Shown piece after piece: positions 39,045 through 53,192 of a stretch of DNA of 64,000 nucleotides. Location: NCBI GenBank assembly GCA_002269645.1, contig NIVC01000328.1, positions 101,276 to 165,275 of the forward strand, in the 5' to 3' direction. This DNA comes from Macrostomum lignano (taxonomy: Eukaryota). The position numbers were made by a program, and so were the translations under genes. Under the pieces are notes generated by a model. It worked only from the letters and a program-made list of their open reading frames with translations. It did not search any database and was not told the DNA's origin. Every line of letters begins with the position of its first letter. Position 1 is the stretch's first letter.

Positions 39045-39222
39045 TTTTCTCTCTCTCGCCTAATAAAATGTCGCTCGGGTGGCCAACAACTCAGGCGTGA
39101 ACTGGCCAGCGATAGCGACGCCGATGCAGCATGATTAAATTATTTGGGTGGGTCTGCTGCACCCATTTTACCCTCCATCACCCCTCTAAAATCCCATAAA
39201 ACAATTGGTTACAGCCGTGGGT
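39045..39222. repeat. Second copy of the about 175-bp dispersed repeat
   Basis: Near-identical to 28925-29100. Confidence 0.9.
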
Positions 39223-39579
39223 CGCTATGTTGGAAATAACAGTTTTAGCCTCTCGTCTCCAATGCTACACTGTGGCTGGGGGCGGGGAAGTGCTTTGGCA
39301 GGAATTTCCCCAAAGAGATCAGCCCGTGTCTAATCCCCCCGTTTTCTGGCATGGCAACCCCAGCTTCTGCACTGCATCTTGCTTTACCACCAAGGACTGG
39401 CTGATGGGCGAAAGGAAGCTGAGAAAATGATGAAGCTCGTGTACTTTAAGTCTTCCAGCCAGCAGCCTCCCCAGTTCCCAGAGCCGCACCTCCCTGGAGG
39501 GTTAAAGAAGAACTTTGAAAGGAAAATTCAATGCGAGGCGTTGCCAGCCTCAGCTCGAGGGTGCGTTTCAATTTTACAG

Positions 39580-41180
<1,601 letters not shown>

Positions 41181-41929
41181 GATGGGTGCAAGAGTGAACA
41201 GTGCCACTAGATGCCTAGGGGCTGATTAGGAAGTGTCTGGAGCACAATGCCGGGAGAGAGGCGCAGACCAGAAGCAGACAGTTCAGATGACTCGCAGACA
41301 ACAAGCTGAGGCCGAAGTCATGCTGAGACACAGGCGGAGTAGCAGTGGAGTGTCGGCCGGCTCGGCACTTGATTGAATTCCCTCAGCCTGAGAGGTCCCT
41401 CGCATCGTGTTTTGCCTTTGCCCGGAAAAAGGTCCTCTGCCCTCTTTTTAGCCTGGTATGTCCGGCAGGCCTCTCGCCAATTCCAATCCTCCTTCTGCTG
41501 ATCGATTTTCCCCCGAGCAAAGTTTTTGCCTGTCTTTCTTATTTTTTCCATGGCACTCGACTGTTTATATGAGCTGCATCTTTTCCTCTCCAATAATCCG
41601 ACCAACTTCCTGAGGAGCAAAACTCAATGTGGCTTCACCTTGTTTTGCTGTCTCGAAGTGCATGAAATCTATATGCCAATTTTATTTTTGAATAAGCCAA
41701 CAGTGAATTTTTCAAGCAGTCAATTAATAAACTGGAACTCGAGAAATTAGGTAATGCGAGTAATGAAAGAGCGACTTAGCAGATGTGATATGAGGGCAGT
41801 ATTTTGTTGCCAGACAGTGAGGGTATCAAACTTTTTGGTTAATTCAACAGTCTTAGTTGGAGTAATATTTTCTTTTTAATTTGAATGAATCGAAACATCA
41901 ACACATAGCTTGGAATCAAACTCCTCTTG

Positions 41930-43700
41930 GAGAAGTTGGGATCTTGAAGAAGCTGGGATCTTGGAGAAGCAGCTGGGATTTTGGAGAAGTTGGGATCTTG
42001 GAGAAGTTGGGATTTTGGAGAAGTTGGGATCTTGGAGAAGTTGGGATTTTGGAGAAGTTTGGATCTTGGAGAAGTTGGGATTTTGGAGAAGTTGGGATTT
42101 TGGAGAAGTTGGGATCTTGGAGAAGTTGGGATTTTGGAGAAGTTGGGATCTTGGAGAAGCAGCTGGGATCTTGGAGAAGTTGGGATTTTGGAGAAGTTGG
42201 GATCTTGGAGAAGTTGGGATTTGGAGAAGTTGGGATTTGGAGAAGCTGGGATCTTGGAGAAGTTGGGATCTTGGAGAAGTTGGGATTTGGAGAAGCTGGG
42301 ATCTTGGAGAAGTTGGGATTTTGGAGAAGTTGGGATTTTGGAGAAGTTGGGATTTTGGAGAAGTTGGGATTTTGGAGAAGTTGGGATCTTGGAGAAGTTG
42401 GGATTTGGAGAAGTTGGGATTTGGAGAAGCTGGGATCTTGGAGAAGTTGGGATCTTGGAGAAGTTGGGATTTGGAGAAGCTGGGATCTTGGAGAAGTTTG
42501 GATCTTGGAGAAGTTGGGATTTGGAGAAGTTGGGATTTTGGAGAAGTTGGGATCTTGGAGAAGTTGGGATTTTGGAGAAGTTGGGATCTTGGAGAAGTTG
42601 GGATCTTGGAGAAGTTGGGATCTTGGAGAAGTTGGGATCTTGGAGAAGCTGGGATCTTGAAGAAGCTGGGATCTTGGAGAAGCAGCTGGGATCTTGGAGA
42701 AGCAGCTGGGATCTTGGAGAAGTTGGGATTTTGGAGAAGTTGGGATCTTGGAGAAGTTGGGATTTGGAGAAGTTGGGATTTGGAGAAGCTGGGATCTTGG
42801 AGAAGTTGGGATCTTGGAGAAGTTGGGATTTGGAGAAGCTGGGATCTTGGAGAAGTTGGGATCTTGGAGAAGTTGGGATTTTGGAGAAGTTGGGATCTTG
42901 GAGAAGTTGGGATTTGGAGAAGTTGGGATTTTGGAGAAGTTGGGATTTTGGAGAAGTTGGGATTTTGGAGAAGTTGGGATCTTGGAGAAGTTGGGATTTG
43001 GAGAAGTTGGGATTTGGAGAAGCTGGGATCTTGGAGAAGTTGGGATCTTGGAGAAGTTGGGATTTGGAGAAGCTGGGATCTTGGAGAAGTTGGGATCTTG
43101 GAGAAGTTGGGATTTGGAGAAGTTGGGATTTTGGAGAAGTTGGGATCTTGGAGAAGTTGGGATTTTGGAGAAGTTGGGATCTTGGAGAAGTTGGGATCTT
43201 GGAGAAGCTGGGATCTTGGAGAAGTTGGGATCTTGGAGAAGCTGGGATCTTGAAGAAGCTGGGATCTTGGAGAAGCAGCTGGGATCTTGGAGAAGCAGCT
43301 GGGATCTTGGAGAAGTTGGGATTTTGGAGAAGCTGGGATCTCGGAGAAGTTGGGATTTTGGAGAAGTTGGGATCTTGGAGAAGTTGGGATCTTGGAGAAG
43401 CTGGGATCTTGAAGAAGCTGGGATCTTGGAGAAGCAGCTGGGATCTTGGAGAAGCAGCTGGGATCTTGGAGAAGTTGGGATTTTGGAGAAGCTGGGATCT
43501 CGGAGAAGTTGGGATTTTGGAGAAGTTGGGATCTTGGAGAAGTTGGGATCTTGGAGAAGTTGGGATTTGGAGAAGCTGGGATCTTGGAGAAGTTGGGATC
43601 TTGGAGAAGTTGGGATCTTGGAGAAGTTGGGATCTTGAAGAAGCTGGGATCTTGGAGAAGCAGCTGGGACCTTGGAGAAGTTGAGATCCTGAAGAAATTG
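41930..43700. repeat. 16-20 bp minisatellite (TTGGAGAAGTTGGGATC)n
   Basis: Direct inspection, about 100 units. Confidence 0.97.
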
Positions 43701-43827
43701 GGATCATGGTTTGAGTGAGTCAGTGGAGAGTCGAGCTGAGAAGATCGGAATGGACCAAAAGGAAGGTTTGGGATGACGGTAATAAGTTGTGAGTTCCTCA
43801 GTGATGCCCCGGCTTGCGGTGCGGTGC

Positions 43828-44865
43828 TCAGACTCTGCGGCTGGCGCAGCCCGGCACGAGAAGTTGCAGAAAAACGTTGCGAAATTTCTCGCTCTGTCGA
43901 ATGTAGACGGCAAAGTTGAACGAGCAGCTGGCAGCTTCCAGCGCCACCACCAGGCTCGCCAGCTCGCGCTGGCCGGCAGAGGGCGCGAACCACGGCAGGG
44001 CGTTCGGTCGAAGGACTCGAACCCGGGCCAGGGCGCTGAGCAGAATGGCTGGCACCAGCAGCAGCAGGTGGAAGGTGGACATGTACACCAGCATGCAGGT
44101 GGTCTTGCGCTGCCGCTGCAGGACATTCTGCCCGTTCGGCGGCAGGTGGCCGGGCCGGATCAGGGCGCGCTGGATGCCCAGAAAGCCGGACAGCAGCTGC
44201 TCGCGCTGACGGAACGACTCGCGCAGCAGTCGGACGATGCCCAGGTTCAGCAGCAGGATGGCCAGCAGCGGCAGGCCGCGGAGGCTGGCGTCGACTGCGG
44301 CGAAAGCTACGGCTGACGGAGTCAGATAGACGTGCACAGACGGCAACGCCGTTGACAGCGCCGAGTAGTTGGACTCTGCGATGACGAGCCCGGCAGCTGC
44401 TGGACGCTGGCCGCTGGCGAACTCGCTGCCGTAGAACAGGAACGGCGCCGCAGTCACCAGGCTGAGGGCGACGTGCACCGTCGACTTCCTCGAATTGCCG
44501 GCCTGCAGGTGTCGGGGCTTGCGGACGGCGCAGAACCGCTCGGCGCTGATCACCACGATGACCAGCAGGGAGGCTCTCGCTAGCGACGGCAGCAGGAACC
44601 GGCGCAGCCCGGCCGCTATGGCGACGCCGTTATTGTCGTCGTGCTCGCCGGCAAGAATCGATTCGGCGCACAGAGCCGAGTGGGCCAGGGCGGTGGCCAG
44701 GTAGAACAGGTCAATGATTGACAGGGCCAGCAGGCAGCGGTTGATGAGGTGGCCCCGCATGGACTTGTGCAGCGTCACGCGGATGGTGAGAGCGGCGCCC
44801 AGCATCCCGGCTAGGCAGCAGGTGGGCACGATGGCCAGCATGCAGAATGCTTCGAGGCGCTGCAT
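43828..44865 (-). CDS. Intronless class A GPCR, FMRFamide/peptide receptor-like, 345 aa
   Basis: Seven hydrophobic segments; LALSIIDLFYL (TM2), ISAERFCAV..P (DRY variant), RQRKTTCML (ICL3/TM6), SFNFAVY...SEKFR (TM7/H8). Confidence 0.88.
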   Translation of the reverse strand: MQRLEAFCMLAIVPTCCLAGMLGAALTIRVTLHKSMRGHLINRCLLALSIIDLFYLATALAHSALCAESILAGEHDDNNGVAIAAGLRRFLLPSLARASLLVIVVISAERFCAVRKPRHLQAGNSRKSTVHVALSLVTAAPFLFYGSEFASGQRPAAAGLVIAESNYSALSTALPSVHVYLTPSAVAFAAVDASLRGLPLLAILLLNLGIVRLLRESFRQREQLLSGFLGIQRALIRPGHLPPNGQNVLQRQRKTTCMLVYMSTFHLLLLVPAILLSALARVRVLRPNALPWFAPSAGQRELASLVVALEAASCSFNFAVYIRQSEKFRNVFLQLLVPGCASRRV

Positions 44866-46467
44866 CGTTTCTCTCGCCGGCTGAGCAGCAACTGTCAGCT
44901 TCCGGGCTTGATGGCGCTAGCGGCGCACTTGGGATCTGGGAAGCTAAAAGTGCGGCGTTCAGCTTGCAGTGTTCAGCCCAACAGTCCATGGGATTTGAAT
45001 AGGGAAGTCAATGGGAAATAAAAATGCTCTCCGCTTGAAACTCTCCCACTCTCCGCCCAGTTCCCATCGGGCAAATTCTGGCTGAGCGATTTGCCGCTAT
45101 TGGCTGGGACTGCTGCTGCGTCCCCAGCGCTCTCTGCCCGATCCCCCCAGCTAAGCCAGATCCCAGACCAGCAGCCCTACACTCACTGGCTCTGCAAGCT
45201 CTATGTCGGACCCTCTGCCGCACCTGAGGAGCTCAAGCATCGGTGCAGGGAATGCCCCGCGTTCCTGCAGCATTTCCTGGGTGTTTTTTGTTGGAACACG
45301 AGCGCGGAAAGAGGCCGGGTTAGGGGAGGCTTTTGCATTGGGGAAACTCTAGTCCAGAGGGGTGGCGGCTCATGGGGATAATGCTGCCAGGGATTATTAA
45401 AAAAGTATGGAACTCTTGCCTCGAAGTTCATCCATCCCTGGACTGTGGGGCAGATTTAGAAATCCGGATGGGCTGGGAGCTTCAGTAGAAAGTGAAAAGC
45501 GAAATGTTAGTTTTGCGATTTGAAAACGCATATTGATCTTTAATAAAGTTATCAAGCAGTTTTATAGCTTGAAACATCGTTCGTCTAAATTAGGGGTCCG
45601 AAAACTCCCGCTCAAGGTCTCCTCTCACGCCTCTTCTCCCCTCTCCCCTCTTCTCCCTTCTCCCTCTCCCTCTCTTTTATTCTCTCCTCTTCTCTCATCT
45701 TTTCTCTTATCTCTTCTCCATTTCATTTCTCATCTTATCGATCCTCTCATCTCCTCTCTTCTCTATTCCTTCTCCTTTTCTGTCTCGTCTCATCTTTTGT
45801 CAATTTAGTGCTAAAATGGCTGAAAATGTCAGATCTTCGTAATTCATTTAGCAGCCAAAACCCTAGCCCTAGAAGCTCAGCCAGTCCAGACGTTCTCTCT
45901 AGTACTCCCTGGACAAACCCACATCGATTTCCCCCTCTCTCCCTCTCTCAGTCTCATCTCCCCCCCCATAGCTCGTGTGCCCGCCTCAAATCCCTCTCCA
46001 ATCCCATTATGAATTCCCGCAGCGTAAGTTTAAATCCCAAATCCCCAGCGGACCGCTGGGATAAAAGCAGAGCTTGATCTCTAAGTGCGAAATCCCGGTT
46101 CAAATTCTCCTCTCTCGCTCTTTCTTTGCCTTGTTCCCATCACCCTGATTCGTGCCGTTGCCGTAGAAACCCACCCCTTTTGCCCCTTTAGCAGACAGCG
46201 GCTGTAAGTGAACACTTTAAGGCGTTGCCCATAGCCTACACTACACTGATGTTGGTTTGAACTCTTTTTCTTTTGATCTTCAGTCATGTGCTGAAATTCT
46301 GATGCTTGATAAATCTATTTGAAATGTCGCTGGGGACCACATTGGATGTGAATTAATTTGGAGAATTAGTTTTCAAATTAGATGCATTGAGAAGAGGGTA
46401 GGGTCGACCTCTGGTGCCTCAACTATCACGTTTCCGAAGCTATCTTAATTGTGTGAAGCTGGGGTGC

Positions 46468-46790
46468 CTGGAAAGGGTGTGAGGTTGGGGTTTGGAAAGG
46501 TTGTGAGGTTGAGGTTTGGAAAGGGTGTGAGGTTGGGGTTTGGAAAGGTTGTGAGGTTGGGGTTTGGAAAGGGTGTGAGGTTGGGGTTTGGAAAAGGTGT
46601 GAGGTTGGGGTTTGGAAAGGGTGTGAGGTTGGGGTTTGGAAAGGTTGTGAGGTTGGGGTTTGGAAAGGGTGTGAGGTTGGGGTTTGGAAAGGGTGTGAGG
46701 TTGAGGTTTGAAAAGGTTGTGAGGTTGGGGTTTGGAAAGTGTGTGAGGTTGGGGTTTGAAAAGGGTGTGAGGTTGGGGTTTGAAAAGGGT
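46468..46790. repeat. 24-bp G-rich minisatellite (GGTTGGGGTTTGGAAAGGGTGTGA)n, about 13 units
   Basis: Direct inspection. Confidence 0.96.
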
Positions 46791-47084
46791 CAATTCTAGT
46801 TTTTGGCAGTTTTTTAACATCAAACGCATTGACGCAATTCAACGCATAAAAAAGGAAAACTCGGGTGAATCTTTATTTTTCACGTCTCTCAAGAGTATGT
46901 TGAAAAAAGGCACCCGGTCAAAAAATTAGTGCTTTAAAAGTACAGCAAGTTCCACTTTTGGCTCGTCTGGATTTAGCGACAGTCTGGACTTTATGACATG
47001 CAGATGGAGAATGAAGCAATAAATCGAGCATCTGGCTTTTATGACTTTGTCGTACGAGTGTTGCTGGAGTTTCTAAACAACGAA

Positions 47085-47300
47085 TTTCAAGGTCGAATCT
47101 GGGGGATTTTCCATCACGCCTTCATTCAGCAGAGTTCAAGGTCAAATTTGGGGGTATTCCACCACACCTTAACTGATTTAAGATTTCAAGGTCGAATTCG
47201 GGGGGATTCCACCACACCCTTACTGGGCAGGTTTCAAGGTCGAATTCGGGGGGATTCCACCACAACCTTACTGGGCAGCTTTCAAGGTCAAATCTGGGGA
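47085..47300. repeat. About 48-bp degenerate tandem repeat (TTTCAAGGTCGAATTCGGGGGGATTCCACCACAC...), about 5 units
   Basis: Direct inspection. Confidence 0.8.
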
Positions 47301-47383
47301 GCTCTATCACGCCCTGTTAGAGCATATTTGAATGCCACGCTGGCTTTTACACGCATAATAACCCTTCCGTTATTATGCATTAC

Positions 47384-49574
47384 TCAGTCGCGCCTGTGCG
47401 CAGTGAGCACAATCCTCATCGGTTCATAATTTCGGTCTTTGTGAGCATCGTGCAGGTCGTCCATGATTTTTCCGATGAGGCTGTGCAAAAAATTCGACCC
47501 ATGCTTCTGCGTGTCCTTGATATCGTTAGCCAAGGCCTCCGACACAACCTTTTCAACCGAGTTCTTCAACTGATCAATGTATTTTCCGATTGCGTCGCAA
47601 GTTTCCTGCTTGCCCTCGATGTACTCGATCTCGATCGCCTTCTGCAGGATGGCCTTGTAGCTGCTGCAGACTCGCTCGAAGGTTTCCGGCGGCGCGGCCG
47701 CGGCATTCTCGGTTTTCAGCAGTTCGCTCTGGAACAGCTGAGCGGCTTCCTCGGCTTCGTTGCCCTGGCGACCGCGTTGAGCCTTTGAATGGTTCGTTGT
47801 TTTGGCATTTTTTCGTCCAGATTCAAAGTGGTTGACAGGGGAGGACGGAAAGTTCGACGATTGCTTGAGATGATATAATACGAGACGTAGAGGAGAAAAG
47901 GACACTTTTACGATGAAAGTTTGTCTCTCATGAAATCTAGGAACAGAAACATAAAGCAGAAGCTTTTGGACTCAACCTGAATGTACTCCGTGGCCACTTG
48001 AGACCGGCTAATCTCGGGTTTATCCGGCGGCAGCGACACCAGGGTGAGCTCGTCAATCGGCATTGAGAACTGCTTGCGCCAGTCGGTGCTGCCGCTGCTG
48101 ACAAGGCCTGGAGCCACCCAGGATAAATTATCAACGTCGAAGCTCTCGTCGATCAGCCGCATACCCTCTTCGAGCATCATCACCTGGAAAAAAAGATTAA
48201 TTTTGCACTTTAGTAGTTCGTTTATTATTACTTAAAGTAGTGCAATTGACAATTTACAAAGTACACGGGTACTTTAAAACGATAAGATCGTTTGTAATAA
48301 AAGTTTCTAAAAAGTCAACGAAATTGTGCTATAGTGAGTCCAATAAACCGCGATGTTAAGCCCGAGACTCCTGGTTTACCTTCCAATGGTCCATGAGATC
48401 CGGTGTGTTGGCAATGAAGCTGTTCAGCCGCATGTTGCCCATCTCGAACGGGTTCTGCTCGATGGCGATTTCGCTCATGTGCAGCACCTCGTCGCGTAGC
48501 TGACGTCTTACGAGCGCCAGCACCAGCATCTTCAGGTCTTTGGTCGGCTCTTTGCTCTCTTTGCTGTAGCTCAGTATGGTCTTCTGGCCGACCTTTGGCT
48601 GGCTTGTGTTGGCGAAGTTGATCAGGCCGTGCTTCTCCGCTGGCGGCGGACGGCGATGCTGTCTGCGGGAATTTGAATGAATCAGTATTGCATGACAAAA
48701 ACCGATTTGTGCGGATAAACAGTCACTCCCTGGCGCAGGGTGTACATGTACAGGGTACTCTGTGGACCGCAAATGATGGAGCCATTATTAGGGTTTAAGA
48801 ACGAGGAGCCTACGATATCTTCATTTGCTTGACCTCATGGACGCTACAGAAGCAGTGAGTTCAGGGCATTTTTAGTAAGCTTTTGTCGAGTTGTAGACTA
48901 AAAAAATAGCTCTTGCATCGATTGCTTTCATCGATTTTACAGAGCACAAACAGTTTGGTCTGGTCTAAAATAGAAGGGAACCAGGAGCAGTGCGGAAGAG
49001 TCCAGGGGGTCGAGTCCACCTGCAGCTTAGGTAGAGCTTGTCAAACAATTCACAACCTGAAGTACCGACCCGCAAGGCCCAGTGGGTATACATGTACACT
49101 GTATGTGTATGCGTATTCGTGAACGCGTGTTACGTGCTCAGAGCTCAACGGAATGAATATAACTGCTTGCATAACTGCTTTATATTAATTTTTAACATTG
49201 GCGTCGTCTTGATAATTAGCGGCGGAGCCAAAACGCCCCGTTGCGTTTTAGTCTGGTGATGAGTCCGTCTCAGGAATCAAGAGACTCAGCCACGCTTCTC
49301 TGCATGATCACAACAATGCTAAGAAACCTTCGCTGGTAGCCTACTAAATATCGGTGATTAAATCTCACCTGCTCTGACTGGGTCGCCTGTCCTTCCGCAG
49401 ATACCGCATCCGGGCTTCGTACAGACCTTCATCCTCGTTGCTCATGGAAGCCAGGTAGTCGTCAGCCAAGCTGATTCGCTCCGGCTCCTTCTGCTGCTGT
49501 CTCCGATGCCTCTGACATCGGAGTTCGTCGAGAAGTTCATTGTTGCCGCCGCGGACTCGAGCCTGCCGATCCAT
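47384..49574 (-). CDS. Hypothetical protein, 4 exons (49574 or 49622-49369, 48662-48380, 48183-47977, 47863-47384), about 391-407 aa
   Basis: Three canonical GT-AG introns with matching phases (2,0,0) join four ORFs; helical, charged sequence with no motif I recognise. Confidence 0.72.
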
Positions 49575-50392
49575 CGAGGACAGACGACCCGTCGTTACGA
49601 GATGTTTGGAGTGACGCGGCATTCTCAAAGTCCAGTTAATTATATTCAGGCTTATGCCTGTGAGAAAGTTATCAACTTTTTTCCCAATATAGCTGACTTT
49701 AACTTCATTCCATGCTAGCTGCCAGCAGAGGCCATAGACTAATTACTAGCTGAGTTCATTCTTCAACACTTCAACTTTAAATAAATTTTAATCAAACTAA
49801 AGCACCTCAGATAACGTAGAAAGGTTTTCCATAGTGAGAGTAGGCGTTCTTTGGAGTTCAAAGTTTGCTTAGAAATGTATTAGCGGGATAGGAATTTGCT
49901 GTTTTTCAACTCTGACCGAACACTTTATCTTGTCTGGACTTTAAAAACGCTTTGAACGACTCGTTTATGCGTTTAATTTTTTCTACTAATGCGAACTTCT
50001 CAGGCCTAATTTAACGTGTAATTTTCTGCATGTACTAAACTTGAATTTTTCTATGTATACAGCCGCACAGCTCTCATATTGTTTTGACCGTCGGAACCAT
50101 AGACATAACCGACTAGAACTCACTCCATTTCGAGGGCCAAATGAATACAGGTTAACCTACAGATATGACAGTTCACACTAAATTCCTAGGCTCCTCTTTT
50201 CTAGTGGAACGATAGTCTATGGCCAAACCTCACTAAAAAACGAAGCCTGAGAACTCAAAACGAGTCCTGTTAACCGGTTAACAGGCCTAAGAACAAGGCC
50301 TGAGAATATTTTAGAACGACTATAATTTGTCAGTTAGTCCATTAGAAGTATAAACTATCAACAGCAGTAAAGACCGATTCATTCTTGCCGAT

Positions 50393-50985
50393 TTACTCGA
50401 ACATGATTTCTACGCTGTTGGTGTCACCATGGACAGTCATGCGCATCTTCTTGGTAGTACCCTCAGACACGACATCTTGCTCATTGGTCCGCCCATTGGA
50501 CTCCACGGCTCCTCTGGCGTGTAGAGCGTAGGTCATACGCGAATGGTCCTTGACGTCTAGCCGTATGTACCTCTCTATTGCGTTGGACGAATGTCCAGTG
50601 ACGCGGGCTATATCGTCCCTAGCCAGTCCAGCCCGATGCAACCTGCTGGCACAAGTCTTCCTTAGAGACTGGTTTGAAAATTTACCATCCGTAGACACGG
50701 GTTTGGTGATATTCGCCACAATTGGAGTCGAGAGTAAGCCGGCCGATAGGTAGACACAGATAGACCGCAGGCGTCTCCATGAAGCAGTTTGGTTTGCCTC
50801 TCCTGAAACCAGTCGTCAAATTGCTTTAGTGCCCATCGTTCCTTCCGGCGTGTCGATTCCGGCACAGCAGCGTCAATCCTTTCAGCAACCTCGTTATCGG
50901 ACAGTAAAGCAAATCTAGAAGCCTCGTTTTCTCTCAGTTCAATGTCATTCAACCAGTCGAAAGCGAGTTCCAAGTCGTGTTTCAT
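50393..50985 (-). mobile_element. Internally deleted Crypton-like tyrosine recombinase element
   Basis: N-terminal RFALLSDNEV..IDAAVPESTRRKERWALKQFDDW (Crypton/DUF3504-type) lies almost directly against the C-terminal KFSNQSLRKTCASRLH..VTGHSSNAIERY. Confidence 0.78.
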
Positions 50986-51075
50986 GATTCTCAGTTCTCT
51001 CTGATTTCCTCTAGCTGCCCAAACCTTATCTTTCTCGCTTTTAATTTAAGCATCGAATCTTTTACTTTAATTTTT

Positions 51076-51490
51076 GTCTATGGTTAAATGTGGGGGGGGG
51101 GCTGCGCCCCCACACCCCCGCTTTTGACGAATACCTCACTCCCACTCCCAGTCGTTTCCAATATCTGTAGATTAAGTACGATCTTCGTCTGTTCTTTTGG
51201 TGTCTATGGCAGAAAGACCTCGGACGCAATTCTAAGGCCTCGGCTTCGCCTCGGCCTGAGAACAGCGTCCTCGGCCTTTCTCTGCCATAGGAACCAAAAG
51301 AACAGACAAAGATTATATACCTGAACTCATTAAATTCATACCAAAATAAAAAAGAAATGATGCCGCACGAGTGAACTTGAACCATAGACAAAACTGGGCC
51401 AGGTGTGGGGGCGAAGCTCCACATACTTGAGCAATAAACAAAACGGGGGTGTGGGGACGTAGCCATCGACAAATTAACCTTTACCATTGA
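51076..51490. mobile_element. About 415-bp fold-back (nested palindromic) non-autonomous element
   Basis: Outer arms GTCTATGGTTAAA..CCCCACACCCCCGCTTTT vs AAAACGGGGGTGTGGGG..TTTACCATTGAC; inner hairpin 51181-51313 with apex GGCCTCGGCTTCGCCTCGGCC. Confidence 0.7.
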
Positions 51491-52379
51491 CACACTTTAT
51501 AAACATTAATTCACCCAATCCTCTATACTAAAACTTTTCATCAGCTTGTCATTTCGATATCATTAATTGCTATCTCCATTCACTTTGAAAATCAAAGTCA
51601 TCTAAATGTTTTTTTTACGCCAGAACAATCTGCTGGATAATACTCGTTTGTAGGTAAAATAAAAATAGTAGAAAATTAGCAAAAACTATTAAATATTTTT
51701 GCATCTGAGTGTCATAATTTTCTCTCAAGATTTTTAAATAACAAGATGGCTTCCATTTGACAATATATTTAGATCATTGCTCAGTCGAATGTTCACGGGA
51801 AACAGCATCATTAACAAGTTATCATTGCTTTTTCTTGTATCTTAGCGCAGTAGTAGCACAGGAAAGTAAGGAAGGAATTTATAAATACGAGTTTACGTAA
51901 TCAATTATTGTTAATTCGTTAGAATATCCGCAAAACCGCTTGGAAGCAACTGCAAGCGACAAGAAAAAAGGAATTAAACAAAGCATTCGCTAGCAGTCAG
52001 AGACGCAAAGAATTCGGAGCGCGGACTGGACTGACGCACGGTTGAAGCAATTGCAAATAAATAAACAGAATAATTCTGCAAACAGGCAGGCAGTCTGAGA
52101 TGGGGAAGCCCAATCTGATTGAGAAAGATGCCGAGAAAGACCGATAGACATCTGCGAGACAGTCCAGGTATCAGAGGCGCTGACTGCGTGGTCATCCGTG
52201 GACGACGGATCGTATTATCGTGATTAATCGTCAAAGACTGAGGGGATCCTTCTCTGAAAGATGAATTGATAAAATCTAGCAAATCTTGTCGGAAGGCGAA
52301 CTAACGGTAAGCGGTCCTCAGTGTTTATGCTGCAATAATTCACGTCATCAGCTGGAAAGTATCGGTCCTTTCTCAATCA

Positions 52380-53124
52380 TCAGATGGCTGTGATGGTGCC
52401 GTTTCGTCCACCGTAACTGGACCGGCTGGAACACCTGCCTCCGCCGCCGCCGCCTCCACCTCCGCCTCCTCCGCCTCCGCCGCTAGCCATCAGGCTGGAT
52501 GATGCATTGGTATCCAGGGAAGATGCAGCCATAATTGGTCGTAAATTTTGCTGCTGTTGCTGCTGCTGCTGCTGACGTCCGCGGTCGAGACTCACCTGAC
52601 TGCTGCTGCCGTAGCCAACGCCAATAACGGAATCCGTGCCTGCGCCGTCGCCATAGTCGGTACCGGCAAGAGGTCGCCGCTCGGTTTTGTAGTAGGTGTA
52701 CACAGGCCGAGGCGTTTCCGTTGACAGCTCGCTGGGACTGTGCTCGATAATGTCTCCGGTGCCGAAATCGAAGTGGGCAAAGCAGGGGACAACTGCAAAG
52801 CGTGGCATAGGCTATTGCGAATATGCGTGTTTTTGTGTGCATTTTGGTAGCCTTTTAAGACCTTGTACGCTCGTAGTTATAACTCTACATTAACTTTTCC
52901 GTTTAGAAAAATCTCATTGGAGAGACAGGAGTACCAGCGGTGCATCAGAAGCCTAAGGTGAACAAACACTCACCTTGCTTGTTGTCCATGAAAGATTCGC
53001 GAAGCGGCACGTTACCTATGATGACTGGCAGGCTCAGCTCAAGCACCTGCGTTTGCCCGAAAGCTCCCGAGGCCTCGATTTGAATCTGTAGGATGCAAAA
53101 CGGGATGGGGGAGTGTGTAATCAG

Positions 53125-53192
<68 letters not shown>

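Noticed and set aside
41318-41620. 100-aa minus-strand ORF with a possible acceptor
   Set aside because: Could be an orphan exon, but no partner exon or homology is visible.
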